A stretch of 35,795 nt of DNA from Prevotella sp. (GTDB lineage: Bacteria > Bacteroidota > Bacteroidia > Bacteroidales > Dysgonomonadaceae). Made by a program: the position numbers and the translations under genes. The stretch spans positions 1-35,795 of the forward strand of contig JAITVV010000059.1 in assembly GCA_031285625.1 (NCBI GenBank), read 5' to 3'. Shown piece by piece: positions 1 to 11,000 of the stretch. Numbering within the stretch: the stretch's first letter is position 1; the number at the start of each line of letters is the position of its first letter. The notes beneath the pieces are model-generated. The model saw only the letters and a list, made by a program, of their open reading frames with translations. It did not search any database and was not told where the DNA came from.

Positions 1-134
1 CTAAACAGGACATTTATGAAATCGGCTCCGCCCATGGCTCCGCCGGGATGACCCGACTTGGCACGCTCAACCATAGAAGCTGACAAAATACGAATGTTGT
101 CTGAACTTCTACTAAGTAATTTTATATCGTTCAT
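1..134 (-). CDS. tkt: Transketolase, N-terminal part (runs off window)
   Basis: Not in ORF track; manual translation from ATG at 134 gives MNDIKLLSRSSDNIRILSASMVERAKSGHPGGAMGGADFINVLF, with the SGHPGG transketolase N-terminal motif. Confidence 0.9.
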   Translation of the reverse strand, partial: MNDIKLLSRSSDNIRILSASMVERAKSGHPGGAMGGADFINVLF

Positions 135-154
135 ATAATTAGCTATTTAAGTAT

Positions 155-180
155 AAAAAGTGACAAAAGTGACACTTTTT
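155..180. promoter_or_regulatory. Palindromic operator-like site upstream of tkt (candidate AraR/NrtR-family site)
   Basis: AAAAAGTGACA-AAAG-TGACACTTTTT, 11-bp arms with 1 mismatch; same AAGTG...CACTT shape as sites at 4827, 4860 and 15399. Confidence 0.5.
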
Positions 181-245
181 CATTGTTTTTTTAATTGTTA
201 CTTTTTTTCTGTTACAATTCTCTATAAAAGATAAAATTATTGAAG

Positions 246-294
246 AAAAGGAACCCAAATACTCTTATTTTATAAATCGATTCGGATTCCTTTT
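246..294 (-). terminator. Probable intrinsic terminator after the GH51 gene
   Basis: On - strand AAAAGGAATCCGAAT pairs with ATTTGGGTTCCTTTT (two G-U wobbles); T-rich tail; just past the stop at 312. Confidence 0.55.
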
Positions 295-311
295 TCCATT
301 GTTGAATTGAA

Positions 312-2282
312 CTAGTATTTTATTTTATATACATTAAAAGATTGACCTTCAGCCTTTACATTTAATACATTTCCATCCAGAGTTGCAGTTGTACTTTTAG
401 GAATAATATTAGATTCATCCAATGTATTAATTGCTTTCAAATTATTATTGTGAATGGTAGTACAGTCTCCTACCGAAAAAGTGACACCTTTCTTAACCCC
501 AGATAATGCAATTCTGATATCTTTTACCTCTGTAGATGTATTTGCGACCTTTACTATATAGCAATTTTGATCTTTATCATATACAGCAGATGCATATAGG
601 TTATCTTGTCCGGCAATAGCCTTTTTATCTCTTGTCAGGTTCATTGTATTTGTTCCTGCGTTATGAGCATATAACTGTTGCACATAATAATTAGGAGTTT
701 TCATCATTCTCAGATTATCAAACCAGATCATATCAGGATTCCACTGCCATGCATCTACATGTGCAAACAGTGGTGCATAGGTACACATATGTACAATATC
801 AGCATTACGTTCGAGTCCGGTCATAAAAGCCGCCTCAGTCAAAGCAGACAAGAAATTATTTTGTTTACCTGTTGAATGATCATGCGAAGCATATTCTCCC
901 GCAAATACAGCAGGCCCTTTACGGTCATAATTGTCATAACGGTTAGCATTTGCTAAAAACCATTCAGGTTCTTTATAATAATGTTCGTCAACTAAATCCA
1001 CTTTCAGGCGCTTCATTTCAGGCCACAAATAGTCAAATTCCTTACCATCGGCAGAAGGCCCTGAACTACCAATCACTTTTATATTTGGATACTTTGCACA
1101 AATAGCTTTTACGAATGGTTCTAAACGTTCAGGGTATTCTTTACCCCATTGCTCATTTCCTATACCAATATATTTCAGATTAAAAGGAGACGGGTGCCCC
1201 ATGTCAGCGCGCAATTTACCCCATGTAGATGTAACTGGACCATTCGCAAATTCTATCAAATCCAAAGCATCCTGTACATAAGAGTCAAGTTCTCCTACAG
1301 GCACATGGCAATGTTCATCTTCATTCTGATACTGACAGGCTAAACCACAGCTTAACACAGGTAGAGGCTCTGCTCCCATATCCTCTGAAAGCAGGAAATA
1401 TTCATAAAAGCCCAGCCCGTAACTCTGATAATAATCAGGGAAGAAACGGTGAGGGAATGTGTAGTGCCACCTATTTTCGTTTACTGGTCTGTTTTCTACA
1501 GGACCAACACTTTTCTTCCAATCGTAGCGGCTATCCAGATCGGTTCCCTCAACGATACATCCACCCGGAAAACGAAATACTCCCGGATGAATATCCGTTA
1601 ATGCCTGTGCTAAATCTTTTCTCAAGCCATTCTCCCTACCTTTATAAGTATCTGTTGGGAATAAAGAAACATGTTCTAGTGCAACAGAGCCATTAGAAGC
1701 TAAGAAAATACGCAAGCGCCCTTTTTCTTCTGTAGCTTTCGATGTTAGAACAACCTGATATTTTTTCCAATCTGAGGAGTTTATTACCACTTCTTCACTC
1801 CCTATAATATCATTTTTAGAATTGATGAATTCAACCCTAATCTTTTGGTCGCCTGTAGCATTCATGCTTTTAGCCCAAACAGAGAAACGATATGTAGCAT
1901 CTGTTTTGAATCCTATACCACGAAAACCCTCATTTTCAATACCTGTACGCTTGTGAGCATGTCCGGGATCGGAAAGGATTACATAATTGGGATTTCTGTC
2001 AAATAACGGATTGCTTTTAGTTACCTCCACCTTACCAAAGGTATACCAACCCAGCAGGCTTTGAGGAAAATCAAACGAACGGTTTTTTATAAGTTCTGCA
2101 TATAACCCGCCATCAGCAGCAAAATTAATATCTTCAAAAAACAATCCATACATAGTGGATTGGACAGGACTACCTATTTTTTTCGTATCCAGTTCAAAGT
2201 TGTAAGTCTGTTGTGCATACGAACTTTGTCCTATCAGAAGCAAAGCAGCAAGCCTCAGAACTTTGATTAATTTCTTCTTCAT
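312..2282 (-). CDS. GH51 alpha-L-arabinofuranosidase with N-terminal CBM4/9-like domain, secreted
   Basis: Signal peptide; MYGLFFEDINFAADGGLYAELIKNRSF, RFPGGC, IGNEQWG, VDEHYY, GEYA, YAPLF motifs typical of GH51. Confidence 0.92.
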   Translation of the reverse strand: MKKKLIKVLRLAALLLIGQSSYAQQTYNFELDTKKIGSPVQSTMYGLFFEDINFAADGGLYAELIKNRSFDFPQSLLGWYTFGKVEVTKSNPLFDRNPNYVILSDPGHAHKRTGIENEGFRGIGFKTDATYRFSVWAKSMNATGDQKIRVEFINSKNDIIGSEEVVINSSDWKKYQVVLTSKATEEKGRLRIFLASNGSVALEHVSLFPTDTYKGRENGLRKDLAQALTDIHPGVFRFPGGCIVEGTDLDSRYDWKKSVGPVENRPVNENRWHYTFPHRFFPDYYQSYGLGFYEYFLLSEDMGAEPLPVLSCGLACQYQNEDEHCHVPVGELDSYVQDALDLIEFANGPVTSTWGKLRADMGHPSPFNLKYIGIGNEQWGKEYPERLEPFVKAICAKYPNIKVIGSSGPSADGKEFDYLWPEMKRLKVDLVDEHYYKEPEWFLANANRYDNYDRKGPAVFAGEYASHDHSTGKQNNFLSALTEAAFMTGLERNADIVHMCTYAPLFAHVDAWQWNPDMIWFDNLRMMKTPNYYVQQLYAHNAGTNTMNLTRDKKAIAGQDNLYASAVYDKDQNCYIVKVANTSTEVKDIRIALSGVKKGVTFSVGDCTTIHNNNLKAINTLDESNIIPKSTTATLDGNVLNVKAEGQSFNVYKIKY

Positions 2283-2300
2283 AATATATTTAGTGTTAAT

Positions 2301-4232
2301 TTAAAATACAATAACAAATCCGCCATTCGGCTGTACCTCAACTTTTAGTTTCCCATTATCTAAGGTTACTGTCTTCTGAGAAAAAGTCCTGTTAGTATCA
2401 CCATCAGTAATCATTATTCCCTCTCCCTGAATATTTAGTTTGGACAGATCCAGATCAAGCGATTTTACTGTTGTTTCAGCATTGATACCTGCCACATACC
2501 ATTTACCTCCTGCTTTACGGGCAAATACTGCATATTTTGCAGGGAATCCCTCGATTAACTTAATATCATCCCAGACACGTGGTACCTGTTTCATATATTC
2601 CTGAACATAATCAGGTTGTTTAACCATACTTTCAGGGGTCTCAACATAATGCTGTATGCCAGATTGAAAGAGAACTGTCAACGCTATCTCAAAACCATTA
2701 GATGTACGGCGTTGAATTCCCGGAATCTCTCCAAAACATACAGGTGTAAAATCCATCGGTCCTACTACATTACGGCTAAATACTGCTGTTGCACAATGTT
2801 GCGGAGCCAGATCGGCTGTTTCCTGTGCAAATGTAATAAATTCAAAACCCTTGATAGATTCCAGTGTCATCAGATTAGGATATGTGCGACTCCACCCTCG
2901 AGGTACTGTTGTCCCATGAAAATTGACCAGCAATTTATAATCGGCAGCATCCTGCATCATATCATAGTAATATTGTATAGCTGAAGGACCATCACCCGGC
3001 CAAAAATCTACTTTAACACCTTTTACTCCCATCTTGCTGATACGCTCAAATTCTGCACGACGGGCATCTTTTTCAAGCAATGCACTCTTAGGAGTATAAT
3101 GTGTTTCGTTCCAGTCCCCGGAAGAATTATACCAAAGAATAATTCCTACATTTTTTGATTTGCCATAATCGATCAATTCCTGTATTCTGTCGTAACCGAT
3201 ACGTTTGTCCCACTCTACATCGATAAGTACATATTCCCAAGTCATAGAAGATGCATAGTCGATATATTGTTTCTGGCGGTCATAGTTCACTGAATTATCT
3301 TTCTCAATACCCCAACTCCATGCTGCCAAACCCGGTTTTACAAAATCAATATTTTCAATCCTACTAGGTTCGGAAAGATCTGTTACCATTGTATTCTCAA
3401 CAATATCGTTTAACCGACCAATCATGATCACACGCCAAGGCGAACGTAAAGGTAATCTGGATATTGGTGTGACCGGATCGGTAGGTTTTACTGTTTCTCC
3501 TCTCTGTGGGAATTCTATAAAATATTCTCCATCCGGACTATCCTGTGCCAGGCGTGTACCACAATAAGAAGGTTCAAGCCCAGCCTCGGTAAGTAGCACC
3601 CACGAATCCCCTACCCTGTATAATGCAGGAAAACTCCAGCCTGCCTGTTTAGGAGCTTGTGTATTAACCGGCACATCAATAATATAATTATCTTCATAGC
3701 TCGGACATGTTTTAGCCCAACAGTTTTTTACATCGTCATGCGGATGAAGCCAGCCTTTGGATGTTAGCGAAAACTTAAATGAAGTATTTTCTTTTTCTAT
3801 CGTTTTCTCATCTTCTGAATTCTCATCAAATACATATCTGAAAGCTACACCATTATCAGCTAAATGAAAAGTAATTATCATTTCTTTTCCTTTGCTATTT
3901 TTCACTCTCACATTGTATTCGTTCGCTCTATAAGTGTTATTCAGTTTTTTCTCCGCAGGAGTAATATAATTTCCTGAAACTTCCTTCTTATCACTTATAC
4001 TAACAATTTCCAGATTGGAAAAATCCATATCGTTCCTCTTCAATCCCAGAATTGAGGGTTCGAGAACAGTTTGATCTCCATTTTTGACAGTATAGCGCAA
4101 AACTCTTGATGAATCTGTTTGCAACTCAACGCTTATCTTCCCATCAGGGCTCACTAGATTATTCTGTGTGAGTGAACATGAGAAGAATGAAAGCATGCAT
4201 AGGAGGGAAAACAATCCTATTACTTTTTTCAT
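2301..4232 (-). CDS. GH97 glycoside hydrolase (probably retaining type), lipoprotein
   Basis: FFSC lipobox; SPDGK, SPWRV, KPGLAAWSW, GVKVDF, NFHG..VPRGWSRTYPN, ESIKGFE, GPMDFTP GH97 motifs. Confidence 0.9.
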   Translation of the reverse strand: MKKVIGLFSLLCMLSFFSCSLTQNNLVSPDGKISVELQTDSSRVLRYTVKNGDQTVLEPSILGLKRNDMDFSNLEIVSISDKKEVSGNYITPAEKKLNNTYRANEYNVRVKNSKGKEMIITFHLADNGVAFRYVFDENSEDEKTIEKENTSFKFSLTSKGWLHPHDDVKNCWAKTCPSYEDNYIIDVPVNTQAPKQAGWSFPALYRVGDSWVLLTEAGLEPSYCGTRLAQDSPDGEYFIEFPQRGETVKPTDPVTPISRLPLRSPWRVIMIGRLNDIVENTMVTDLSEPSRIENIDFVKPGLAAWSWGIEKDNSVNYDRQKQYIDYASSMTWEYVLIDVEWDKRIGYDRIQELIDYGKSKNVGIILWYNSSGDWNETHYTPKSALLEKDARRAEFERISKMGVKGVKVDFWPGDGPSAIQYYYDMMQDAADYKLLVNFHGTTVPRGWSRTYPNLMTLESIKGFEFITFAQETADLAPQHCATAVFSRNVVGPMDFTPVCFGEIPGIQRRTSNGFEIALTVLFQSGIQHYVETPESMVKQPDYVQEYMKQVPRVWDDIKLIEGFPAKYAVFARKAGGKWYVAGINAETTVKSLDLDLSKLNIQGEGIMITDGDTNRTFSQKTVTLDNGKLKVEVQPNGGFVIVF

Positions 4233-4243
4233 AGTTTAAATTT

Positions 4244-4807
4244 TTATTTATCTATATTTAATTTCTTTACTATACGAGCTGGATTTCCTACAGCTAATGA
4301 ATCTGCAGGAATATCTTTAGTAACAACAGACCCTGCACCAATTACAGATCGGTCTCCAATAGTCACACCGGGAAGAATGGTAGAGTGTCCTCCTATCCAA
4401 CAATCACGGCCGATAACAACAGGCCTGCAATCTTCCCACTCGCGTCTGTCAGCAATATCTAATGGATGCCGGGCTGTATAGATGTGTACACCGGGAGCTA
4501 ACAAGGAATTTGCTCCAATGCGGATGGTTCCGCCATCTAAAAACACAGCGCCAAAATTGATAAATACATTTTCTTCTGCGTATATATGATCTCCATAATC
4601 ACAATAGAAAGGGGGCTCTAAATGTAAATTTTTAGCTGAATTAGGACATAATTGATTAATTACATCCTGAAAGTTTTCAGTATAATATTCCGTGACATTG
4701 AGTTTATGGAGTATAGATTTAACTTTTGTGCGAAGCCCAACCATTTCCTCACAATGAGCTGTATAGTGTTCTCCTGCAACCATTTTTTCCTTCTCTGTTT
4801 TTTCCAT
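4244..4807 (-). CDS. Sugar O-acetyltransferase (Maa/LacA hexapeptide family)
   Basis: TEKEKMVAGEHY N-terminus, PPFYCDYG, hexapeptide repeats (WIGG..TILPGVTIG..SVIGAGSVVTKDIP..GNPA). Confidence 0.9.
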   Translation of the reverse strand: MEKTEKEKMVAGEHYTAHCEEMVGLRTKVKSILHKLNVTEYYTENFQDVINQLCPNSAKNLHLEPPFYCDYGDHIYAEENVFINFGAVFLDGGTIRIGANSLLAPGVHIYTARHPLDIADRREWEDCRPVVIGRDCWIGGHSTILPGVTIGDRSVIGAGSVVTKDIPADSLAVGNPARIVKKLNIDK

Positions 4808-4826
4808 ATATGTAGCTATATTTTAT

Positions 4827-4845
4827 AAGTGTACCAAAAACACTT
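4827..4845. promoter_or_regulatory. Candidate AraR-type palindrome upstream of the acetyltransferase-GH97-GH51 unit
   Basis: AAGTGT-ACCAAAA-ACACTT (GTGT-N7-ACAC), about 20 bp upstream of the start codon at 4807. Confidence 0.55.
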
Positions 4846-4859
4846 GCAAGATATAAAAT

Positions 4860-4881
4860 TAAGTGTATAGGTATACACTTA
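4860..4881. promoter_or_regulatory. Perfect palindrome, second operator-like site
   Basis: TAAGTGTATA-GG-TATACACTTA, 10-bp perfect arms. Confidence 0.5.
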
Positions 4882-4886
4882 TAAAT

Positions 4887-5323
4887 ATGTTGTATAGCAT
4901 AATATCTTCAGGAAAAGAAAAAAAAGAAGAAGAGGAAAAGGAAATAAATGCAGAAAGAGAAAGATATGAAGCCCTTTATAATGAGATTCTCAATTACTTC
5001 TCCGAAAAAAACCGTATTGTAACCCAGAATTTAGCATAGTACAACTAGCCGAAGATCTTAACAGCAATGTGAAGTATATATCAAGGACAATCAGATTAAA
5101 AGAAAATGTAAATTTTAGCGTTTTCCTGAATATGTACAGGATCAACCTGATAAAAAAAATGACAGCGAAAGATTATCATAACAAATATACCATCGTATAT
5201 ATACCTCAGTGCAGGCTTCAGGCATCAATCAACTTTCAACAAAGTTTTTAAGGAAATTGAAGGAATCACCCCTCTGAATACATAAAAGGTGGTAAAATAA
5301 GAAACGATAAATTGAATGACTAG
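4887..5323 (+). pseudogene. Frameshifted AraC-family HTH regulator relic (C-terminal part only)
   Basis: Joining frames gives ...YEALYNEILNYFSEK / KPYCNPEFSIVQLAEDLNSNVKYISRTI..NFSVFLNMYRI..KYTIVYI / SAGFRHQSTFNKVFKEIEGITP / SEYIK; AraC HTH_18 pattern with about 3 frameshifts and no sensor domain. Confidence 0.8.
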
Positions 5324-5355
5324 GTTTATATCCTTTTCAAGGCAGGAGACTATAT

Positions 5356-5393
5356 TTAAAAAGCCACAATTTAAAAAAATTGTGGCTTTTTAA
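5356..5393. terminator. Bidirectional intrinsic terminator after the susC-susD-lipoprotein unit
   Basis: TTAAAAAGCCACAATTT-AAAA-AAATTGTGGCTTTTTAA perfect inverted repeat with A/T tails on both sides. Confidence 0.85.
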
Positions 5394-5413
5394 TATGATT
5401 TATCTTGTCCTAA

Positions 5414-6136
5414 TTAGATAGACAATTTAAACGATTCCGTATATATCATTGCATCTATCCCTTCTATCTTCAATCCCATTCGGGCATAGATGAAACCTGT
5501 AGACGGTAAAGAACCAGAAGTAGAACTAACAGATAAGCCACTCAGATCCAACGTAAGAGACACCCGGTCTCCGGCAGCAGCCGAAGTAGCTACCGAACCT
5601 GCCGTACCACCAAAGTTATAAGTATTATCAACTATAACATTCCTTCCTGCATAAAGTCCAACAGACTCTATATTGCGCCCTCCGGTAATTTGTCTTACAG
5701 AACAAGTACCCGACACTATTTTATTACTGCATGTAAGTGAAACATCTTCTAATAAGAAATAAGGTGTTACAGGCATATCCACTGTCTGATTTTTAGCACA
5801 ATTTATCACATAGATTGTATCAGAGGCTGTAGGATTAACCCACGGACCGATATTATTCTGACGAATCAGACAATAGTTTTTTCCTGAATACACGCTTGCA
5901 CTGAATGTTCCATCCTGAGCCACCTGCACATCCATATAAGTACTGGCCGATAATTCCCATCCAGGCTCATATAACCGGAATGTTACCTGATTATTTTTCA
6001 CAGAAATAGCTTGTCCATCATAAACAACTTTTCCTGATATGATTGCATTAGGTTCATCATAATTATCATATTCACAGGCCGTGAATATCATTGGTAATAT
6101 TATTATTAAAAATATTGCTATATTTTTCATATTCAT
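5414..6136 (-). CDS. DUF3823-type surface lipoprotein (putative glycan-binding protein)
   Basis: FTAC lipobox followed by EYDNYDEP; QDGTFS, VTPYF motifs; position directly after susD. Confidence 0.75.
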   Translation of the reverse strand: MNMKNIAIFLIIILPMIFTACEYDNYDEPNAIISGKVVYDGQAISVKNNQVTFRLYEPGWELSASTYMDVQVAQDGTFSASVYSGKNYCLIRQNNIGPWVNPTASDTIYVINCAKNQTVDMPVTPYFLLEDVSLTCSNKIVSGTCSVRQITGGRNIESVGLYAGRNVIVDNTYNFGGTAGSVATSAAAGDRVSLTLDLSGLSVSSTSGSLPSTGFIYARMGLKIEGIDAMIYTESFKLSI

Positions 6137-6143
6137 ATATTTT

Positions 6144-8012
6144 TTAGAAGTTAGGATTTTGTACCAGCTTCGGATTCTTATTCAATACATCTGTCTCGAA
6201 AGAAGTATAATAATTACCAATACGGAAATTACGCGGAGCTCTGAAACGATAAGCTACATGACGGTCGAAAATATATTTACCATCATCCGGTCCACCGATT
6301 ACACGGAACGGATAAAGTGCGTACAACATTGTATTTTCAGACTGTACACCATTCCACAAAGTATGCGCTTTTCTTAAACGTTTCATATCCCAGAAACGAT
6401 GATCTTCCAAAGCCAATTCGCAACGACGTTCGTGTAGTATATTATCGATTGTCAAATCTGATGCACTCCAGGAGTTAGCTCCAAATCCGGCACGTTCGCG
6501 AATAGCATTGGCATATCCGAGTGCTTTACCAGTTTGCCCAAGTTCCATAGCCGCTTCTGCCGCATTCAGGTATATCTCACCCATACGGAAATATGACCAC
6601 CAAATATATGACCCCTGTCCACGGGCAGAAGAGCCTGTAGTTTCATCTACATATTTACGCAAATTGAAACCGGTATTTGTATAAGTAGCACGACTTAATG
6701 GTCCGTCTTTTCCTACAAAACGTCCTCCATCGGCATTCGGATGATCATCTGCCGGCTGATAAGTACTATTTGCTTCTGACCCCTCAATAAGCCTGTATGT
6801 ACCATCACTCTGATAGATTGCAACTCCTGCCAGAATATCAAGTGTAGCCCCTTTAAATGTTTGCCCCGGAACCAGACATGTTCCTTTAAGACGGTAATCA
6901 CGATTTTCAAATATTTCAGAAACATCATTATAAGCAATATATTTACCACTGGCATCTTTGTCAGCCAATCTTCCTGAGCCACCACTCAAAGGAAGGAATG
7001 ATTCAACAAAACCCAGTGTAGGACAAAGATCAGATCCATTATCATTATCTTCGTTCATAGACTGTGCAATATTTGCAAAAGAGAATGAATGGAATTTACC
7101 CGAAGAGTAATCTTTTGACCAAATCACCTCTTTATTCCCCGCTTTAATACAAACAGCTTTATAAAAATCGTCAGCAGAATTTACGTTATGAAGTTGGAAA
7201 ACCCCATCGTTGATAATCTCTTCTGCAGCAGACAATGCTTTTTCGTAATAACCTCTAGGATCAGTACCTGTCATCCCAACAACACCCGATTGTAACGGTG
7301 AAGAAATAGGATTAGCCATTGCTGCATTATATTTTGAAATAGACCCGGCGTATAGCATTGCACGGCTAGCCAATGCTAAGGCTGCGTATTTATTAGCTTG
7401 AGACACATTAGCCACAGTATTATTAGCGGCCAAATTATCTTTTATTGCCATACACTCATCGTATACAAACTCATAGACCTCTGCCTCAGAAGCACGTGCT
7501 ACCTGAAGTTCCGTTACATCCATACCAACTGTATACACGGCAGTTTTAGTAATCAAAGGTACTCCTCCCATACGACGTGCCATTTCGAAATAGGTATATG
7601 CACGCAAGAAACGAAACTCTCCATCAAAAACTTTTATATTTTCCTCTGATAAAGTAGAAACCTGCAATTTTTCAATACTCTGATTCAATTTATAGATGTA
7701 CTTGTAATCATAATAGCGAAGAAAATCAAACGCATAGGCTATCATCTGGTTGCGCTCTGTTTCTACATCCGTATTCATAAGACCACACCACATCATATCG
7801 TCTATTAAAGAAAAATTTACATCATTATCTAATGAACCATTCATTGGTACATTATTATAAAGATTGGCCAGTACTCCCTGCACCATTTTTTCATCATTCC
7901 AGACCTGATCATCAGTAAGGAAGTCCGTTGGCGTGCGGTCCAGAAAATCTCCACAAGCAGAGAACTGGCATGCTAATGTGATCAATATTATATATATAAA
8001 ATTCTTTTTCAT
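6144..8012 (-). CDS. SusD/RagB family lipoprotein
   Basis: Start reassigned to MKKNFIYII (ATG 8012); FSAC lipobox; GEFRFLRAYTYF, GGVPLI, RMGEIYLNAAEA, ERRCELALEDHRFWDMKR, QNP motifs. Confidence 0.93.
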   Translation of the reverse strand: MKKNFIYIILITLACQFSACGDFLDRTPTDFLTDDQVWNDEKMVQGVLANLYNNVPMNGSLDNDVNFSLIDDMMWCGLMNTDVETERNQMIAYAFDFLRYYDYKYIYKLNQSIEKLQVSTLSEENIKVFDGEFRFLRAYTYFEMARRMGGVPLITKTAVYTVGMDVTELQVARASEAEVYEFVYDECMAIKDNLAANNTVANVSQANKYAALALASRAMLYAGSISKYNAAMANPISSPLQSGVVGMTGTDPRGYYEKALSAAEEIINDGVFQLHNVNSADDFYKAVCIKAGNKEVIWSKDYSSGKFHSFSFANIAQSMNEDNDNGSDLCPTLGFVESFLPLSGGSGRLADKDASGKYIAYNDVSEIFENRDYRLKGTCLVPGQTFKGATLDILAGVAIYQSDGTYRLIEGSEANSTYQPADDHPNADGGRFVGKDGPLSRATYTNTGFNLRKYVDETTGSSARGQGSYIWWSYFRMGEIYLNAAEAAMELGQTGKALGYANAIRERAGFGANSWSASDLTIDNILHERRCELALEDHRFWDMKRLRKAHTLWNGVQSENTMLYALYPFRVIGGPDDGKYIFDRHVAYRFRAPRNFRIGNYYTSFETDVLNKNPKLVQNPNF

Positions 8013-8016
8013 ATTA

Positions 8017-11000
8017 TTAAAAATTAAGATTGAAGCCAAAACTAATTGTACGCAGGTTAGGTGTAACCAAAGCACTGTTTGAAGAAATTTCAGGATCAAG
8101 CTGGTATTTAGATAAATTATCGATACTAAACAGATTATATGCATTTACATAAAAACGTAACCTGTTTACATAGAATTTGCTTGTTACCTTTTTGGGTAAT
8201 GTATAGCCCAGTTCTAATGTACGTAACTTTATATAATACGTATTATGCACCCAAAAATCCGAATAACGATTGAAGCTCACATTATCTCCGGCATAACGTG
8301 TTGCAGGAAAATAACCAGCAATCCAGTCACTGTTAGCATCTGTAGGATCTGCACGATGCCATGCATCTGTAAGCAAATATCTTGTAGAGTTACCATCGCC
8401 CTGGAATGGATATGCAACTTCCCAACTCATATGATATGTTTGGGCGGTTGCAGCAGCAAAATCTGCTTTAAGGTCAAACCCTTTCCATTCAAAAGAAGTC
8501 ATTAATCCGAAGTTCACATAAGGTAGCTGACCTGCCCCATAACCGATAGGACGCTCATCCAGTGCATTAATAACTCCATCCTTATTCACATCTTTATAAA
8601 TCAGATCCCCCGGAAGCATTGTAGCATTTCCTTGTCCGTCATTATCGATTTTATAGTTTTGAATCTCTTCATAATCCTTGAAACGGCCGACCACCTGATA
8701 TCCCCAGTTTATATTCGCCCATCTGTTTTCTGTAGAATTCCTGTATTCATTCCAGCTAGAACCAAAGCGAGGCTTATAAGAGTCTCCGTCTTTCTTCCGT
8801 GCAATTGTTGTATTGAAACCTAAAGAGTAACCAAAATCTTCGACCTGATCGTTCCAATTCAATGAAAATTCAACACCCTGATGATAATCCGATTTTAAAT
8901 TCTCCTGTGGCAAATCATATCCGACTTCTACCGGTACAAGTACATCATAACGGGAAGCCGGAAGGCCTGTACGTTTACGTTGGAAGATATCGAATGTACC
9001 ATTTAAACGATTTTGTAGAAAGCCAAAATCAAGACCAATATTTACCAGTGTCGATTTTATCCATGATAGTGTAGTAATAGGTTGTCCTCTATACATAATA
9101 CCTGTTGTTGTAGTTCCATTCAATACTGCATTACCTGCATCCGTACCTCCATAAGTATATCCGTTAAGATAAGAAAACGCCGGAACAATATCTTCAAGAA
9201 CATTATCAGTATTGAGAACCTGGTCATCTCCCATTTGTCCCCATGAAGCACGAAGTTTTAGATTAGAAAGAGATATTTTGTCATTCAACCCTGCCATAAA
9301 TGGCTCTTCAGACAATCTCCATGCACCGGATACTGCAGGAAAGAAGCCCCAGCGATGCCCCGGCCTGAATAGATAAGAACCATCATAACGGCCACTAAAT
9401 TCTACAAAATATTTGCTGGCATAGTCATATGCTCCACGGAAAATAAAACCTGCGCGGGCTGACTCAGCCATAATAGTTTCTATACCGGTTAAGTCTGTAT
9501 AATTATTAGTTAACGGTATATAATTATTTGTTGGATTAGTATTATAAAGTAAATAATCCCTGTTTCTTTCAAAAGTCTCTACACCTAATACTCCCGAGAA
9601 GTGATGCTTTTCATTAAAAGTATTATCATAATTTAATTGTGCCTGAAAAGTTTGTTCAACTTTTTCTTCTTTCACACGGCGTCTCCATGGATTCTGATTA
9701 CCCCAGCTTTCGAGATATGAGTCGGTAGCTTTGTCATAATCGTACACCTTGTAGGTATACTCAAACTGTTCCTGATCATTACGTGCAATCCAATAATTGT
9801 AACTAACTCTAGCTTTCAATCCCGGAAGAGGAGTAGTATACTCCGCGAAAATATTTGCTGAAGCTACCTTCCATACGTCATCTGTATAACCTGTCTGATT
9901 CTTATCAAAGATAGCAGCACCTGTTGCATTATTACGGGTATTATTTACATAATTGGGATTACCATTAGCGTATGCCTGTTGAGTAGGCCAGTTCTGGAAC
10001 ATAGCATAATACGGTTGCCAGTAATCGTCCAGCCCCGGAACACCAACATTATGACGTTCTTCGATACGTCCACTGATGCGTGTACCAACTTTCAGGTCTT
10101 TTGTAATATTAGCTTCTACATTACTTTGAATATTTGTACGCTCGAAGTTAAATCCATTGATCATCGCTTCCTGATTGGTATGAGCCAGAGCAAAATAGTA
10201 ATTGATCTTATCAGATCCCCCACTGGCACTTACATTACCATAAAAAATAGGAGCATTCTCATTTACTATAAACTTTTGCCAATCCATACTCTTGTAGTCT
10301 CCTTGGCCTTGTTTCCACAGATTTAATTCATCCATAGTGCGGTTTGTTGAACCCCAATGGTTCAAATCGGCTTGCATACGACCTTCATAAAACTCAGAAG
10401 CATTAGCAACCTCAGGATAACGCATAAAATTCTGAATACCATAGTAAAAATTTGCGTTAATCTGATTTTTTTCTCCACGTTTTCCTGTTTTAGTTGTAAC
10501 TAATACAACCCCATTAGCAGCTTTTAATCCATAAATAGCTGCAGAAGCATCTTTTAAGACAGTAATACTCTCAATATCATTTACATCAATATTATTAAAC
10601 TGCCCTTCTTCACTCTGGATACCATCAATTACGTATAATGGAGTACCCATATTACGAATCTGAATAGTAGCACTTGATCCCGGACGACCATCAGTCTGAC
10701 GGGCCGAAATGCCAGGTACTTTACCTACAAGCGCACCCGCAGTAGTAGTGGAAGTGGTACGAGTCAACTCATCCGCTCTAATAGCACTGATTGCACCCGA
10801 CAACGAGCCTTTCTTTTGTGTACCATAGCCGACTACAACCACCTCTTCGAGGTCTAAAGTGTTTTCCTGCATGGAAATTAGAAAGTCACGTTTTGTTCCT
10901 ACTGTTACGGACTCTTGCTTATAACCGATGAAAGTAAAAACAAGCACATCGTTTTCGCTATTTACTCTAAGTGTGAATGCACCATCCACATCTGTCATAG

